In this document: in pieces, positions 23,776 to 32,000 of the stretch
Numbering within the stretch: the first letter of the stretch is position 1
Layout of the letters: the number at the start of each line of letters is the position of its first letter
NCBI GenBank assembly: GCA_965219535.1
Contig: CBDCNV010000002.1
Location: 420,001 to 452,000 of the forward strand
Direction: 5' to 3'
Length of the DNA: 32,000 nt
DNA from: Opitutales bacterium
Lineage (GTDB): Bacteria > Verrucomicrobiota > Verrucomicrobiia > Opitutales > PNEW01
Translations under genes and position numbers: made by a program
Notes under the pieces: model-generated
Told to the model about the DNA's origin: nothing
Seen by the model: only the letters and a program-made list of their open reading frames with translations
The model's database searches: none

Positions 23776-25848
23776 TTGCGAACATCTAAATTACCTAATG
23801 TGAACGCGTATAATCGGTATTGTAGAAGTATATTTATTCTCAAGACGATTATAGTCATCGTACTATGGGGCTGTTCTAGAAACAGTGACATCCCTTCTAC
23901 AAGCTTGATAGATGTAACGAATCGAGAATCAGCAAATCGTGAACCGGTAAACACAGAAGGGTTCAGTTTTATTTACACGGGCACGCCGCACACGTCTTTC
24001 AGCGAAGCACCAGAACTGGCGAATAAGGTTGCCGAGGGGAAGTTGCCGCCGGTTGAAGATCGTCTTCCGGAGGTCCCCCTGGTAATTCCCACAATCGAAC
24101 GGATCGGGCAGTATGGCGGCACCTGGAAGCGCGGATTTATAGGTCCTATTGACCGACAAAACATCGACCGGATTATGCATGACCATTTGATCTATTACGA
24201 TCTGGATGGGCATACGCTTATGCCCCACATTGCGAAAGGGTGGGAGATGAGCGAAGATGGAACTACCTTTACCTTCCATCTTCGCAAGGGGATGAAGTGG
24301 TCTGACGGAATGCCGTTTACCGCTGAAGATTTTATCTTCGCCTATGAAGACTTGACATTAAATGATGAGCTCAACCCGGCAAAAGCAGCTTTCATGAAAG
24401 TAACGGGAAAACTGTGCCAAATTTATAAGTTAGACAATTATACTATACGTTACACCTTTCATAAACCGAACTATTCCTTCATCGAGAAAGTAGCAAGTTT
24501 GACGGTGGGTGGTCAAAGTGCGCGTCAATATAACTGTCCATTATATGCGCCCCGGCATTATTTGAAGCAGTTTCTTCCGAAGTACATCTCACCGGTAGAA
24601 ATGGACCGTAAAGTTAAAGAATATGATGTGGAGAGTTGGGTCGCTTTATTCATCCGCATGTCGAGGCTGCATGAGAATCCGGATTTACCCGTTGTGGGGC
24701 CATGGAAAACAGTGACGCCAATGACCGGCGATGTATTTTCGCTCGAGCGCAACCCCTATTATTTTGCCGTCGATACGGAAGGGAATCAATTGCCCTACAT
24801 CGATCGTATAGAAATGAACCTCGTTGAAGACATTGAAGTATTCAACATGCGAGTCGTTTCCGGGGCAGTTGACATGCAGCACCGTCATGTCCTTCTCGAC
24901 AAAGTACCGGTCCTGAAAAGTGCGGCGGAGAAGGGCAACTACCGGGTACTCTTATGGCCGGGTTTGGGAGGATCTGATGCGGCAATTTTTGTCAATCAGA
25001 CGTGGCAAGGGGATCCGGAGATTGAAAAGTGGCTGCGAAATCGCGACTTTCGTATTGCGCTCTCTCTCGGTATTGATCGGGAAGAAATAAACGAGTCTAT
25101 TTTTTTAGGAATCGGTGAAGCGCGACCTTTCATTGCCCCTCCCGGAAACATGTTCTATCCCGGTCCGGAATACGAGAAGAAGTACGCCGAACGCGATCTT
25201 GCGAAAGCCAATGCGATCTTGGATCGAATCGGCTTAGAGAGGAGAAGCAAGAACGGATACCGATTGCGCACCGACAAAAAGGAACCGTTGACAATTACCC
25301 TGGCTGTGATGAGTCGAACCTTTCTCAATTGGGAAGGCATTGGCGAACTCGTGGTTAACCACTGGAAAGACATAGGTATTAATCTCCATTTGAAAGTTGA
25401 GGAACGTAGCCTGTTTTCTAGACGAACGCATGCTAACGAGCAGCAACTACAAATGTTTGGTCCCGCCGCGGTAAACCCGTGGGCCTATCCACGGATTACC
25501 GTTCCGATCACTAGAGAAGCGAATTTCGGACCGGAAATCGGAATCTGGTACGAGTCGGATGGTAAAAAAGGAATAGCTCCTACTGACGGTCTCAAGCAGC
25601 TGCTCGATATATTTGATCAAGGCAACAGTGTACCCTTAGAGCAGCGCATCGATCTGGGCAAAGAATTGTGGCGCATCCACGCGGATAATCTCTACGCCAT
25701 TGGAATCATTGGGAATTCAGCAGCCTATAACGGTGTGGTAGTAGTAAAGAATAATTTTCGTAATGTACCGGATATTGCTCCCAACAGCTCAGCTCATCAA
25801 AATCCTGGCATCGCTCGACCTGAACAGTTTTTCTTTGAGCAGAACTAA
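23776..25848 (+). CDS. ABC-type solute-binding lipoprotein, family 5 (peptide/nickel/oligosaccharide type)
   Basis: 690 aa with a TTG start. Lipobox VLWGCS. GGTWKRGF, KGWEMSEDGTTFTFHLRKGMKWSDG.PFTAEDF and ERNPYYF are family-5 hallmarks. No permease or ATPase genes are adjacent. Confidence 0.8.
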   Translation: MRTSKLPNVNAYNRYCRSIFILKTIIVIVLWGCSRNSDIPSTSLIDVTNRESANREPVNTEGFSFIYTGTPHTSFSEAPELANKVAEGKLPPVEDRLPEVPLVIPTIERIGQYGGTWKRGFIGPIDRQNIDRIMHDHLIYYDLDGHTLMPHIAKGWEMSEDGTTFTFHLRKGMKWSDGMPFTAEDFIFAYEDLTLNDELNPAKAAFMKVTGKLCQIYKLDNYTIRYTFHKPNYSFIEKVASLTVGGQSARQYNCPLYAPRHYLKQFLPKYISPVEMDRKVKEYDVESWVALFIRMSRLHENPDLPVVGPWKTVTPMTGDVFSLERNPYYFAVDTEGNQLPYIDRIEMNLVEDIEVFNMRVVSGAVDMQHRHVLLDKVPVLKSAAEKGNYRVLLWPGLGGSDAAIFVNQTWQGDPEIEKWLRNRDFRIALSLGIDREEINESIFLGIGEARPFIAPPGNMFYPGPEYEKKYAERDLAKANAILDRIGLERRSKNGYRLRTDKKEPLTITLAVMSRTFLNWEGIGELVVNHWKDIGINLHLKVEERSLFSRRTHANEQQLQMFGPAAVNPWAYPRITVPITREANFGPEIGIWYESDGKKGIAPTDGLKQLLDIFDQGNSVPLEQRIDLGKELWRIHADNLYAIGIIGNSAAYNGVVVVKNNFRNVPDIAPNSSAHQNPGIARPEQFFFEQN

Positions 25849-25909
25849 GAAAAGAATTCATTATACTACGCGTAATGAAGCAGGGGAAGAGTGAAGACGC
25901 TGCATCGCA

Positions 25910-28789
25910 ATGTGGCCTTCTCAGAAAGTTAACAGTAAAGATAATGGAATGACGCAAACAATCTCAATACCCGCGTTGAGTCCCTGTCGCAGATTAGTTT
26001 CGGCATTAATCGTAGTCGTCACGATGTTGGTCACAGCTAATGGAACGACCTTGAAAAATAAAGTTCTCGTTCATCGCGGCTTTGATGATTTTTCAAAGGG
26101 CCAATTCGATAACGGTGGAGCTAATCTTTATGTTAACGCAAATGGTATTATCGAAACCATCCACCGTTGGGATGTAAATAATGATGGCTACACCGATATT
26201 ATTTTTGCCAACTCTGAAGATCATAGTGAACGCGGACCAACCCGGGTATTCAGTGTAGATCCAGAGAAAAAAAGAGGCTGGGGCTACCAGGATCTCTCGG
26301 GGGACAGCGGCTACAGCTGCCAGATTGTCGACCTCGATAAGGATGGTTATAACGATTTAGTCGTAGCCAATGGGGACAATGGGATAAACAGTGAACTGTC
26401 TTCCTATGTCTATTGGGGCGGGCCGGAGGGTCCGGAATCTCAACGGTCCGATTTGCCTACGGTTGGCGCTTATGATGTTGCCATCTTTGATATCAACCGT
26501 GACGGCCAATTGGATTTAATCTTTCCCTCGTCATGGAAGGATAGCCATAACAATGCCGATCCCATTTTAGCGATTGTCTATTTAAGCGGACCCGACCGGC
26601 AATTTAAGGATGCGACAGAACAATACAAAATTGTATGTATCGGAACGATGGGTATCGCCTCGGGTGATCTAAATCGTGATGGTTTTACTGACTTGGTGTT
26701 GGCTAATCACCGAAATAAGTTCGATAAGGATACGGAATCGATTGTCTATTGGGGTAACGAAGAAGCCTTTAACCTGGAAGAACCATTGCGGCTTCCCACT
26801 TATGCGGCTGAAAATGTATTGCTCGCGGATTTAAATGATGACGGTAGAGAAGATATTATTTTTTCCGGGGGTGACGAAGCGAAAATATATTGGAATCGCG
26901 ATGGAAGGTTCAGTGTTGATGACACGATAAGTATCAATCCAGACGATAAAGATTCAGCTGCCGTGCGAGATATTGGCACTAACATTATGATTAGAGGAAA
27001 AGTGGCGCATGCTACGGTCGCGGATATATATGGTGAGGGTAAAATTAATTTAATTTTGGCGACAGCGAGCGGTATTGAAATTCGATCGAGTAGTGCGATT
27101 GATGAGGTCAAGATACAAATCCCACTAAGTAATCTCAGTCGCGTGAGCGCAGGTGATCTTAATGGAGACAGCCGACCGGACTTGATTGTCAGCCGCAGCA
27201 ACGATGGAGTGTCAGCTGACACGGAGTCGGCGATTTTCTGGAATCGAGCGAAGGGGTTCTCTCTGGATGAAGCTAGCTGGTTGTCTACCGGAAATCCTAT
27301 CGGCAACACCTATGGAGATTTAAACGGTGACGGATTTCCAGAAGTGGTAATCATCAACTGTGGGAGCGGCAGGATATCAAAGACCGATAGTTTTATTTAC
27401 CTGGGAAATAGTGAAGGTGAATACAGTGTAAAGCGACGTATAGATTTACCCCGGCATAAAACTTATCAAAGTTGTATGGTTGATTTCAACTTCGATGGGT
27501 TCACGGACATTATATTAACGGGCACTAATGGTGGCGTATCACGATTATTTTACGGCGGTCCGAACGGGCCCTCTCCATCAAATTTTGTCGATATAGAAAA
27601 TGTCAACAAAGGCATTAACTGTATGGAGGTAGCGGATATAAATCGTGATGGCTATCTTGATTTTTTGACCCTCGGAGGTGTCTACGATACAAAACCGGAA
27701 TCTCTCGCTAAATCATCTACCATCTTTTATGGTTCGAGGGATGGATTTTCCACCTCCCGTTCAGAAAGCATCGAGAATTATGGGTTCGGTGTTCATCTCG
27801 CGGATATTAACCGGGACGGGTTCATCGATGCCTTGTTCAGCGATAAACGTCATTTTATCCTTGTTTATCCGGGAAGCAAGGAAGGATTTTCAAAAGATAA
27901 CACGATAAAAATTCCTTGCCCCATTCCTGGACTCATAAATTCAGCGGACTTGAATAACGATGGCTGGCTCGACTTAATTATCAGCCAAATGTCGTCTCGA
28001 GTAAGACGGAAAGAGTCATACACTGTATTTTATAGTGACGAGGGTGAGTATTCGCTCGAAAATTCGCAAACTTTCGGACGCGGGATTTCGGTCAATGATA
28101 CGGCGGTTGCGGATTTTAATGGGGATGGCCATCTGGATGTAATGGCTACGGCTTATTCCTCGCCCACTTCACGCGTCTTACCCGCAACTTTACATTGGGG
28201 CAATGGTATGAGATTAGATCTGGATCATACCTATGAGTTACCGGCAAGTTCCTCTGCAGCACTTACGGCGATGGATTTTAATCGTGACGGATGGACCGAC
28301 ATTGCGATCGCAAATCATCGTGACGATGTAACCCATAGAACATTTTCCTTCATTTACTGGAATCAGGCAGAGGGATTCGACCCTGATCGAATTACACGAA
28401 TACCCGCATCGGGTCCCCATGGCATGACTTGCCGTGATTTTGGAAACGGCTATACCCGGAAACCTGAGGAATACTATATTTCACCAACTTTTAAGCTTAA
28501 AAAGAATACACCAAATAAAATTTACTGGGATGCTGATGTCTCGAAACCTGCGCGATTAAAATTTCAATTACGATCGGCTTCGACCGAGAAGCAGTTGCTC
28601 AATACACCATGGACGGGTCCAAAGGGGAGAGAGTCATATTACGAAAAAGAGGGTCAACGGATAGAAGGCATCAATAACGTGAATGCAAAGTGGTTTCAAT
28701 ATAAGGCAACATTCGTCTCTCCTTATGGATGTAGGTCTCCGAAGTTACGAGAGGTAAGCTTTGACTTAACGCCTTTGTCGTCCGGGTAG
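25910..28789 (+). CDS. FG-GAP/VCBS-repeat (integrin-alpha-like beta-propeller) secreted protein
   Basis: 959 aa. It has more than 12 copies of D(L/I/F)N(G/R/N)DG..D(L/I)(I/V) spaced about 55-65 aa apart. The likely true start is MTQTISIP... at 25949, which carries a signal/TM segment. Confidence 0.85.
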   Translation: MWPSQKVNSKDNGMTQTISIPALSPCRRLVSALIVVVTMLVTANGTTLKNKVLVHRGFDDFSKGQFDNGGANLYVNANGIIETIHRWDVNNDGYTDIIFANSEDHSERGPTRVFSVDPEKKRGWGYQDLSGDSGYSCQIVDLDKDGYNDLVVANGDNGINSELSSYVYWGGPEGPESQRSDLPTVGAYDVAIFDINRDGQLDLIFPSSWKDSHNNADPILAIVYLSGPDRQFKDATEQYKIVCIGTMGIASGDLNRDGFTDLVLANHRNKFDKDTESIVYWGNEEAFNLEEPLRLPTYAAENVLLADLNDDGREDIIFSGGDEAKIYWNRDGRFSVDDTISINPDDKDSAAVRDIGTNIMIRGKVAHATVADIYGEGKINLILATASGIEIRSSSAIDEVKIQIPLSNLSRVSAGDLNGDSRPDLIVSRSNDGVSADTESAIFWNRAKGFSLDEASWLSTGNPIGNTYGDLNGDGFPEVVIINCGSGRISKTDSFIYLGNSEGEYSVKRRIDLPRHKTYQSCMVDFNFDGFTDIILTGTNGGVSRLFYGGPNGPSPSNFVDIENVNKGINCMEVADINRDGYLDFLTLGGVYDTKPESLAKSSTIFYGSRDGFSTSRSESIENYGFGVHLADINRDGFIDALFSDKRHFILVYPGSKEGFSKDNTIKIPCPIPGLINSADLNNDGWLDLIISQMSSRVRRKESYTVFYSDEGEYSLENSQTFGRGISVNDTAVADFNGDGHLDVMATAYSSPTSRVLPATLHWGNGMRLDLDHTYELPASSSAALTAMDFNRDGWTDIAIANHRDDVTHRTFSFIYWNQAEGFDPDRITRIPASGPHGMTCRDFGNGYTRKPEEYYISPTFKLKKNTPNKIYWDADVSKPARLKFQLRSASTEKQLLNTPWTGPKGRESYYEKEGQRIEGINNVNAKWFQYKATFVSPYGCRSPKLREVSFDLTPLSSG

Positions 28790-28991
28790 TGACCACGGTT
28801 TCGTTATGTTCAACTAAAATCTCGGCAGTCGGTGAACGATACCGAATTGAATTAACCACTGGTCAATTGATCTTTACAAAGGATTGGTGGATACTCCACA
28901 ATCATCCTCAATCCATAATTTAACTGATACCGTGAGACGTCCGACATTCGTGCGCCTTGGGTAATCGAATCTAGATTAAGAAAGATAAAAC

Positions 28992-29714
28992 ATGGCGCAG
29001 AAAAGTTATAAGCAAAGAGTCACAGATTTAGATACCATTCTCGGAGCATCTATTCCATTAACAACAGAGCGGGATCAATTGGAGAAAATTCTTGAGAAAG
29101 GGCCCTACGACTTCGTCACTATCGACAGCCAGCATAATCCTCTAAACGAACCCCGACTCGTTGAATTTTGCGCGATGGCCAAAGAATTGGGGACGTTAGT
29201 TAACTTTCGGATCAAACACACCCGCCACACCTACTTAATTGGAAATTTCGTCGATCTCGGTCCTGCCGGCATCGAAGTGCCACAAGTTGAGACTGAAGCC
29301 ACGGTGGAAGAGGCAGTGGAAAATTTTTATTATCTCCCTCGGGGAAAACGCAGTGTCGGGGGAACGCCGCGTCTCAATATAGAAAGTTATCCCGATTCAT
29401 TTGATTACGCCGAATGGTGGAACGATAATGGGGTGCTCTGGATGCAAGTTGAATCCGTTGAGGCGGTAGAGCAAGTCTATGCGCTGGCGAAACCGGGAGT
29501 AGATTGCATCTCTTTTGGGCCCACCGATCTGAGTTTCAGTTTGAAATACAGTGATCATCCTCGCCTCAAGACAGTGGATGATTGTGTACGTCACGTGGTA
29601 AAGACACTGGAAGGGACCCATAAAGCGGTCTGTTTCCGAAGTATTTCACCCGATAACCGCCACAAATATATGGATATGGGCGTGACCGTCATTTTGGAGT
29701 CTCCTGGTTATTAG
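28992..29714 (+). CDS. HpcH/HpaI aldolase / citrate-lyase beta-like family protein
   Basis: YDFVTIDSQHNPLNE, VDLGPAGIEVPQVETEATVEEAV, YLPRGKRSVGG, MQVESVEAVEQV, GVDCISFGPTDLSFSL. Confidence 0.7.
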   Translation: MAQKSYKQRVTDLDTILGASIPLTTERDQLEKILEKGPYDFVTIDSQHNPLNEPRLVEFCAMAKELGTLVNFRIKHTRHTYLIGNFVDLGPAGIEVPQVETEATVEEAVENFYYLPRGKRSVGGTPRLNIESYPDSFDYAEWWNDNGVLWMQVESVEAVEQVYALAKPGVDCISFGPTDLSFSLKYSDHPRLKTVDDCVRHVVKTLEGTHKAVCFRSISPDNRHKYMDMGVTVILESPGY

Positions 29715-29807
29715 AGTTAACGGTTTGAATGTTTAGGGACAGGCTAGAGTGAGAAAAGTCAGCTCGTTCTTTTATCGAACGGATTTTACAGAAGTTGTGC
29801 ACACACA

Positions 29808-31139
29808 ATGAATTGTGAAGAATTAAAAGTAGCGATATGCGCGGCTATTGACCAGCGAAAAGATCGCATTGTCGAAGCCGGTGAAGCGATTATGGATGCG
29901 CCCGAGTTGGGTTTTAAGGAGTGGGCCACTGCGGATCGCGTTAAGGCTACATTCGACGAATTGGGATTGGATTATGAAGACAAGCTGGCGTTAACCGGAG
30001 TGAAAGCCAGGCTGAAAGGCGGTCGCCCGGGACCGACCCTGGCCCTCATGGGTGAACTCGATGCGTTGCTTGTGCCGGACCACCCACGAGCAAATGTGGA
30101 GACTGGTGCCGCTCACGCCTGTGGTCACAATGCTCAGATTGCCGGATTACTCGGCGCGGCCCGGGGGTTAGTAGATTCAGGTGCAGCTGAACATCTGGCG
30201 GGTGAGATAGTATTTTTTGCTGTGCCGGCTGAGGAATATGTAGAGTTGGAATACCGTTTAGGCCTGGTTAAAGAGGGCAAGACCACGTTTCTGGCGGGTA
30301 AACCAGAACTGGTTCAGCTCGGTCATTTCGATGATATCGATATGGCAATGATGATTCATAGCATCAACGCCGACCGAATGAATGGAGCGATGGGAGTTTC
30401 TGCTTCTTCAAATGGTTTTGTCGCAAAAAGTATTCGCTTTGTCGGTCAGGCCGCCCATGCAGGGGTTGAGCCTGAAAAAGGCGTTAACGCCTTAAACGCG
30501 GCCCAATTGGCAATTAGTGGAATCAATGCACAGCGAGAAACATTTCGCGATGAGGATTGTGTGCGGGTGCATCCGATTATTACTAAAGGTGGCGATCTTG
30601 TAAATATCGTCCCTGCTGAGGTGCGTATGGAAACTTATGTTCGCGCGCGTAGTCGGGAAGCCATCCTCGATGCCGATCTCAAAGTCGAACGCGCACTCAA
30701 AGGAGCCGCCCTGGCCATTGGTTGCCAGGTGGAAATTGAAACTGTGCCTGGTTATTTACCATTGAGAAACGATCCGGATATGACCCGTCTTTTCCGTGAA
30801 AATGCCGGCCGTCTCTTTGGCATCAATCAATACCGGGACTATCCGCATATAGGTGGTTCGACGGATGCGGGAGATTTAAGTCAGATAATGCCATTATTGC
30901 ACCCCTTCATGTCTGGAGCACGTGGCACAGTGCACAGTCCCGATTGGCATATCGCCGATACAAACGCCGGTTACATTGCGCCGGCCAAGACACTGGCAAT
31001 GATGGCCGTAGATCTTTTACACGAGGATAAAAATCTGGCACAGGATATTGTCACCAAGCACAAACCGGCTTTAACGAAGGAAGAGTATTTGAAGCAGCAG
31101 CGCGCAGTTTTTCGTAATGATGTTTTTACCGATGGGTAG
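29808..31139 (+). CDS. M20-family amidohydrolase / metallopeptidase
   Basis: 443 aa. GAAHACGHNAQIAGLLGAA matches the metal-binding ACGH(D/N) motif. Also VFFAVPAEE, GQAAHAG.EPEKGVNALNAA and GGSTDAGD. Confidence 0.8.
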   Translation: MNCEELKVAICAAIDQRKDRIVEAGEAIMDAPELGFKEWATADRVKATFDELGLDYEDKLALTGVKARLKGGRPGPTLALMGELDALLVPDHPRANVETGAAHACGHNAQIAGLLGAARGLVDSGAAEHLAGEIVFFAVPAEEYVELEYRLGLVKEGKTTFLAGKPELVQLGHFDDIDMAMMIHSINADRMNGAMGVSASSNGFVAKSIRFVGQAAHAGVEPEKGVNALNAAQLAISGINAQRETFRDEDCVRVHPIITKGGDLVNIVPAEVRMETYVRARSREAILDADLKVERALKGAALAIGCQVEIETVPGYLPLRNDPDMTRLFRENAGRLFGINQYRDYPHIGGSTDAGDLSQIMPLLHPFMSGARGTVHSPDWHIADTNAGYIAPAKTLAMMAVDLLHEDKNLAQDIVTKHKPALTKEEYLKQQRAVFRNDVFTDG

Positions 31140-31224
31140 AAAGCGGGAAAGCCGGGAGACCAGAAAACCAGATAGTCAGAAGGCGGGAAGACCGGGGTGA
31201 ATGCTAGTAGGGGTAATAATTTAA

Positions 31225-31833
31225 ATGAAGCAAGTAGAGGTTACTGTTTTTGTCGATTTCGTCTGCCCCTATTGCTATATTGGAGCGGAACGCGTGAGGC
31301 GGCTGGAGAACGAATTTGGAATTGAGGTTAAGTGGAAAAGTTTTGAGTTACATCCCGAGGCGCCTGATGGGGGCATTCCTCCCTCCATGTATTATGAGAA
31401 TAATTCTGGACTTAAAAGTATCTCCGAAAATGCGCGCATGCTCGCAAGGGAGGCCGCACTCACTTTAGGTACGCATGTTGTTTACTCGAATTCACGTCTG
31501 GCGCTGGAATTAGGAGTTTGGGCAGATGAGCAGGGGAGAGGGCCCGACTACCGGGACGCCCTATTTGATTCCTACTTTCATCGGCTTCAAGATATCGGGG
31601 ATGGAGAGGTGCTGTTAGCGATCGCGGAATCAATTCAAATGTCCAGAGAAGATGCCCATGGGTGCATCGATAGTCGTGCGAAGAAATCTACAGTTGATGC
31701 ACAAATAAATGAAGCGAGTCAGTTGGGTATCAGTGGTGTCCCTACCTATATCATTGGAAAAGAATACATCTCGGGTGCGCAGCCCTACGGATTAATCAGA
31801 GAAATTTATCAAAGAGCTGCGGCTGGCAAATAA
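31225..31833 (+). CDS. DsbA-family thiol oxidoreductase (FrnE-like)
   Basis: VFVDFVCPYCYIG carries the CPYC active site. LGISGVPTYIIG is the cis-Pro loop region. Confidence 0.8.
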   Translation: MKQVEVTVFVDFVCPYCYIGAERVRRLENEFGIEVKWKSFELHPEAPDGGIPPSMYYENNSGLKSISENARMLAREAALTLGTHVVYSNSRLALELGVWADEQGRGPDYRDALFDSYFHRLQDIGDGEVLLAIAESIQMSREDAHGCIDSRAKKSTVDAQINEASQLGISGVPTYIIGKEYISGAQPYGLIREIYQRAAAGK

Positions 31834-31867
31834 CCAGGATCCAAGCGGGTGATTATGAGAGGCTAAT

Positions 31868-32000
31868 ATGAGCATTAACAACATTGATAAATTCAAGGAA
31901 AAGATCCAACGCGGTGAACTCTGTATCGGTACGAGTGTAACTTTTACCGATTCGGCTATCAGTGAACTTCTAGGTGATGTTGGGTATGATTTCACCTGGA
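31868..32000 (+). CDS. HpcH/HpaI-type aldolase, N-terminal part (runs off the window)
   Basis: ATG 31868, reading MSINNIDKFKEKIQRGELCIGTSVTFTDSAISELLGDVGYDFTW with no stop before the window end. It is not in the ORF track because it is open-ended. The listed ORF 31792..31995 (-) is its shadow. Confidence 0.55.
   Translation, partial: MSINNIDKFKEKIQRGELCIGTSVTFTDSAISELLGDVGYDFTW

Noticed and set aside
22182-27309. Long antisense ORFs inside well-supported genes (22182..22532, 23929..24279, 25155..25446, 26800..27309 and similar)
   Set aside because: They lie opposite ORFs with clear family motifs, have low-complexity compositions and have no independent support.

Overview
The left two thirds of the window (about 1-21.6 kb) is an accessory region scrambled by insertion sequences. 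The right third (21.8-32 kb) looks like ordinary chromosome. It encodes an ankyrin protein, a PNPOx-like protein, a family-5 solute-binding lipoprotein, a 959-aa FG-GAP/VCBS protein, two HpcH/HpaI-type aldolases, an M20 amidohydrolase and a DsbA-like protein. The accessory part holds pieces of at least six IS lineages. These are two IS1595-family elements carrying passenger ORFs, one intact IS407-like IS3 element plus a decayed inverted copy, four copies or fragments of a second IS3 lineage, and remnants resembling IS5, IS1 and IS630. It also holds a 107-bp MITE-like element, a probable one-repeat CRISPR remnant, a phage-like PAPS-reductase gene stub and a rep-like ORF followed by iteron-like repeats. 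Cargo of interest: three paralogous secreted proteins built from two tandem Cache-like domains (two intact in tandem, one decapitated by an IS), an alginate-export-type porin, and a 653-aa secreted protein with a degenerate metallophosphoesterase signature. The most unusual signal is a family of five related 27-44 nt insertions. They sit at five different sites in the second IS3 lineage, all in the same codon phase. In the full-length copy they are the only lesions, each in frame and each carrying a TGA. All family assignments come from reading motifs in the translations; no database search was possible. The taxon cannot be determined. Many genes lack a Shine-Dalgarno sequence, but 21825 has a clear GGAGG.
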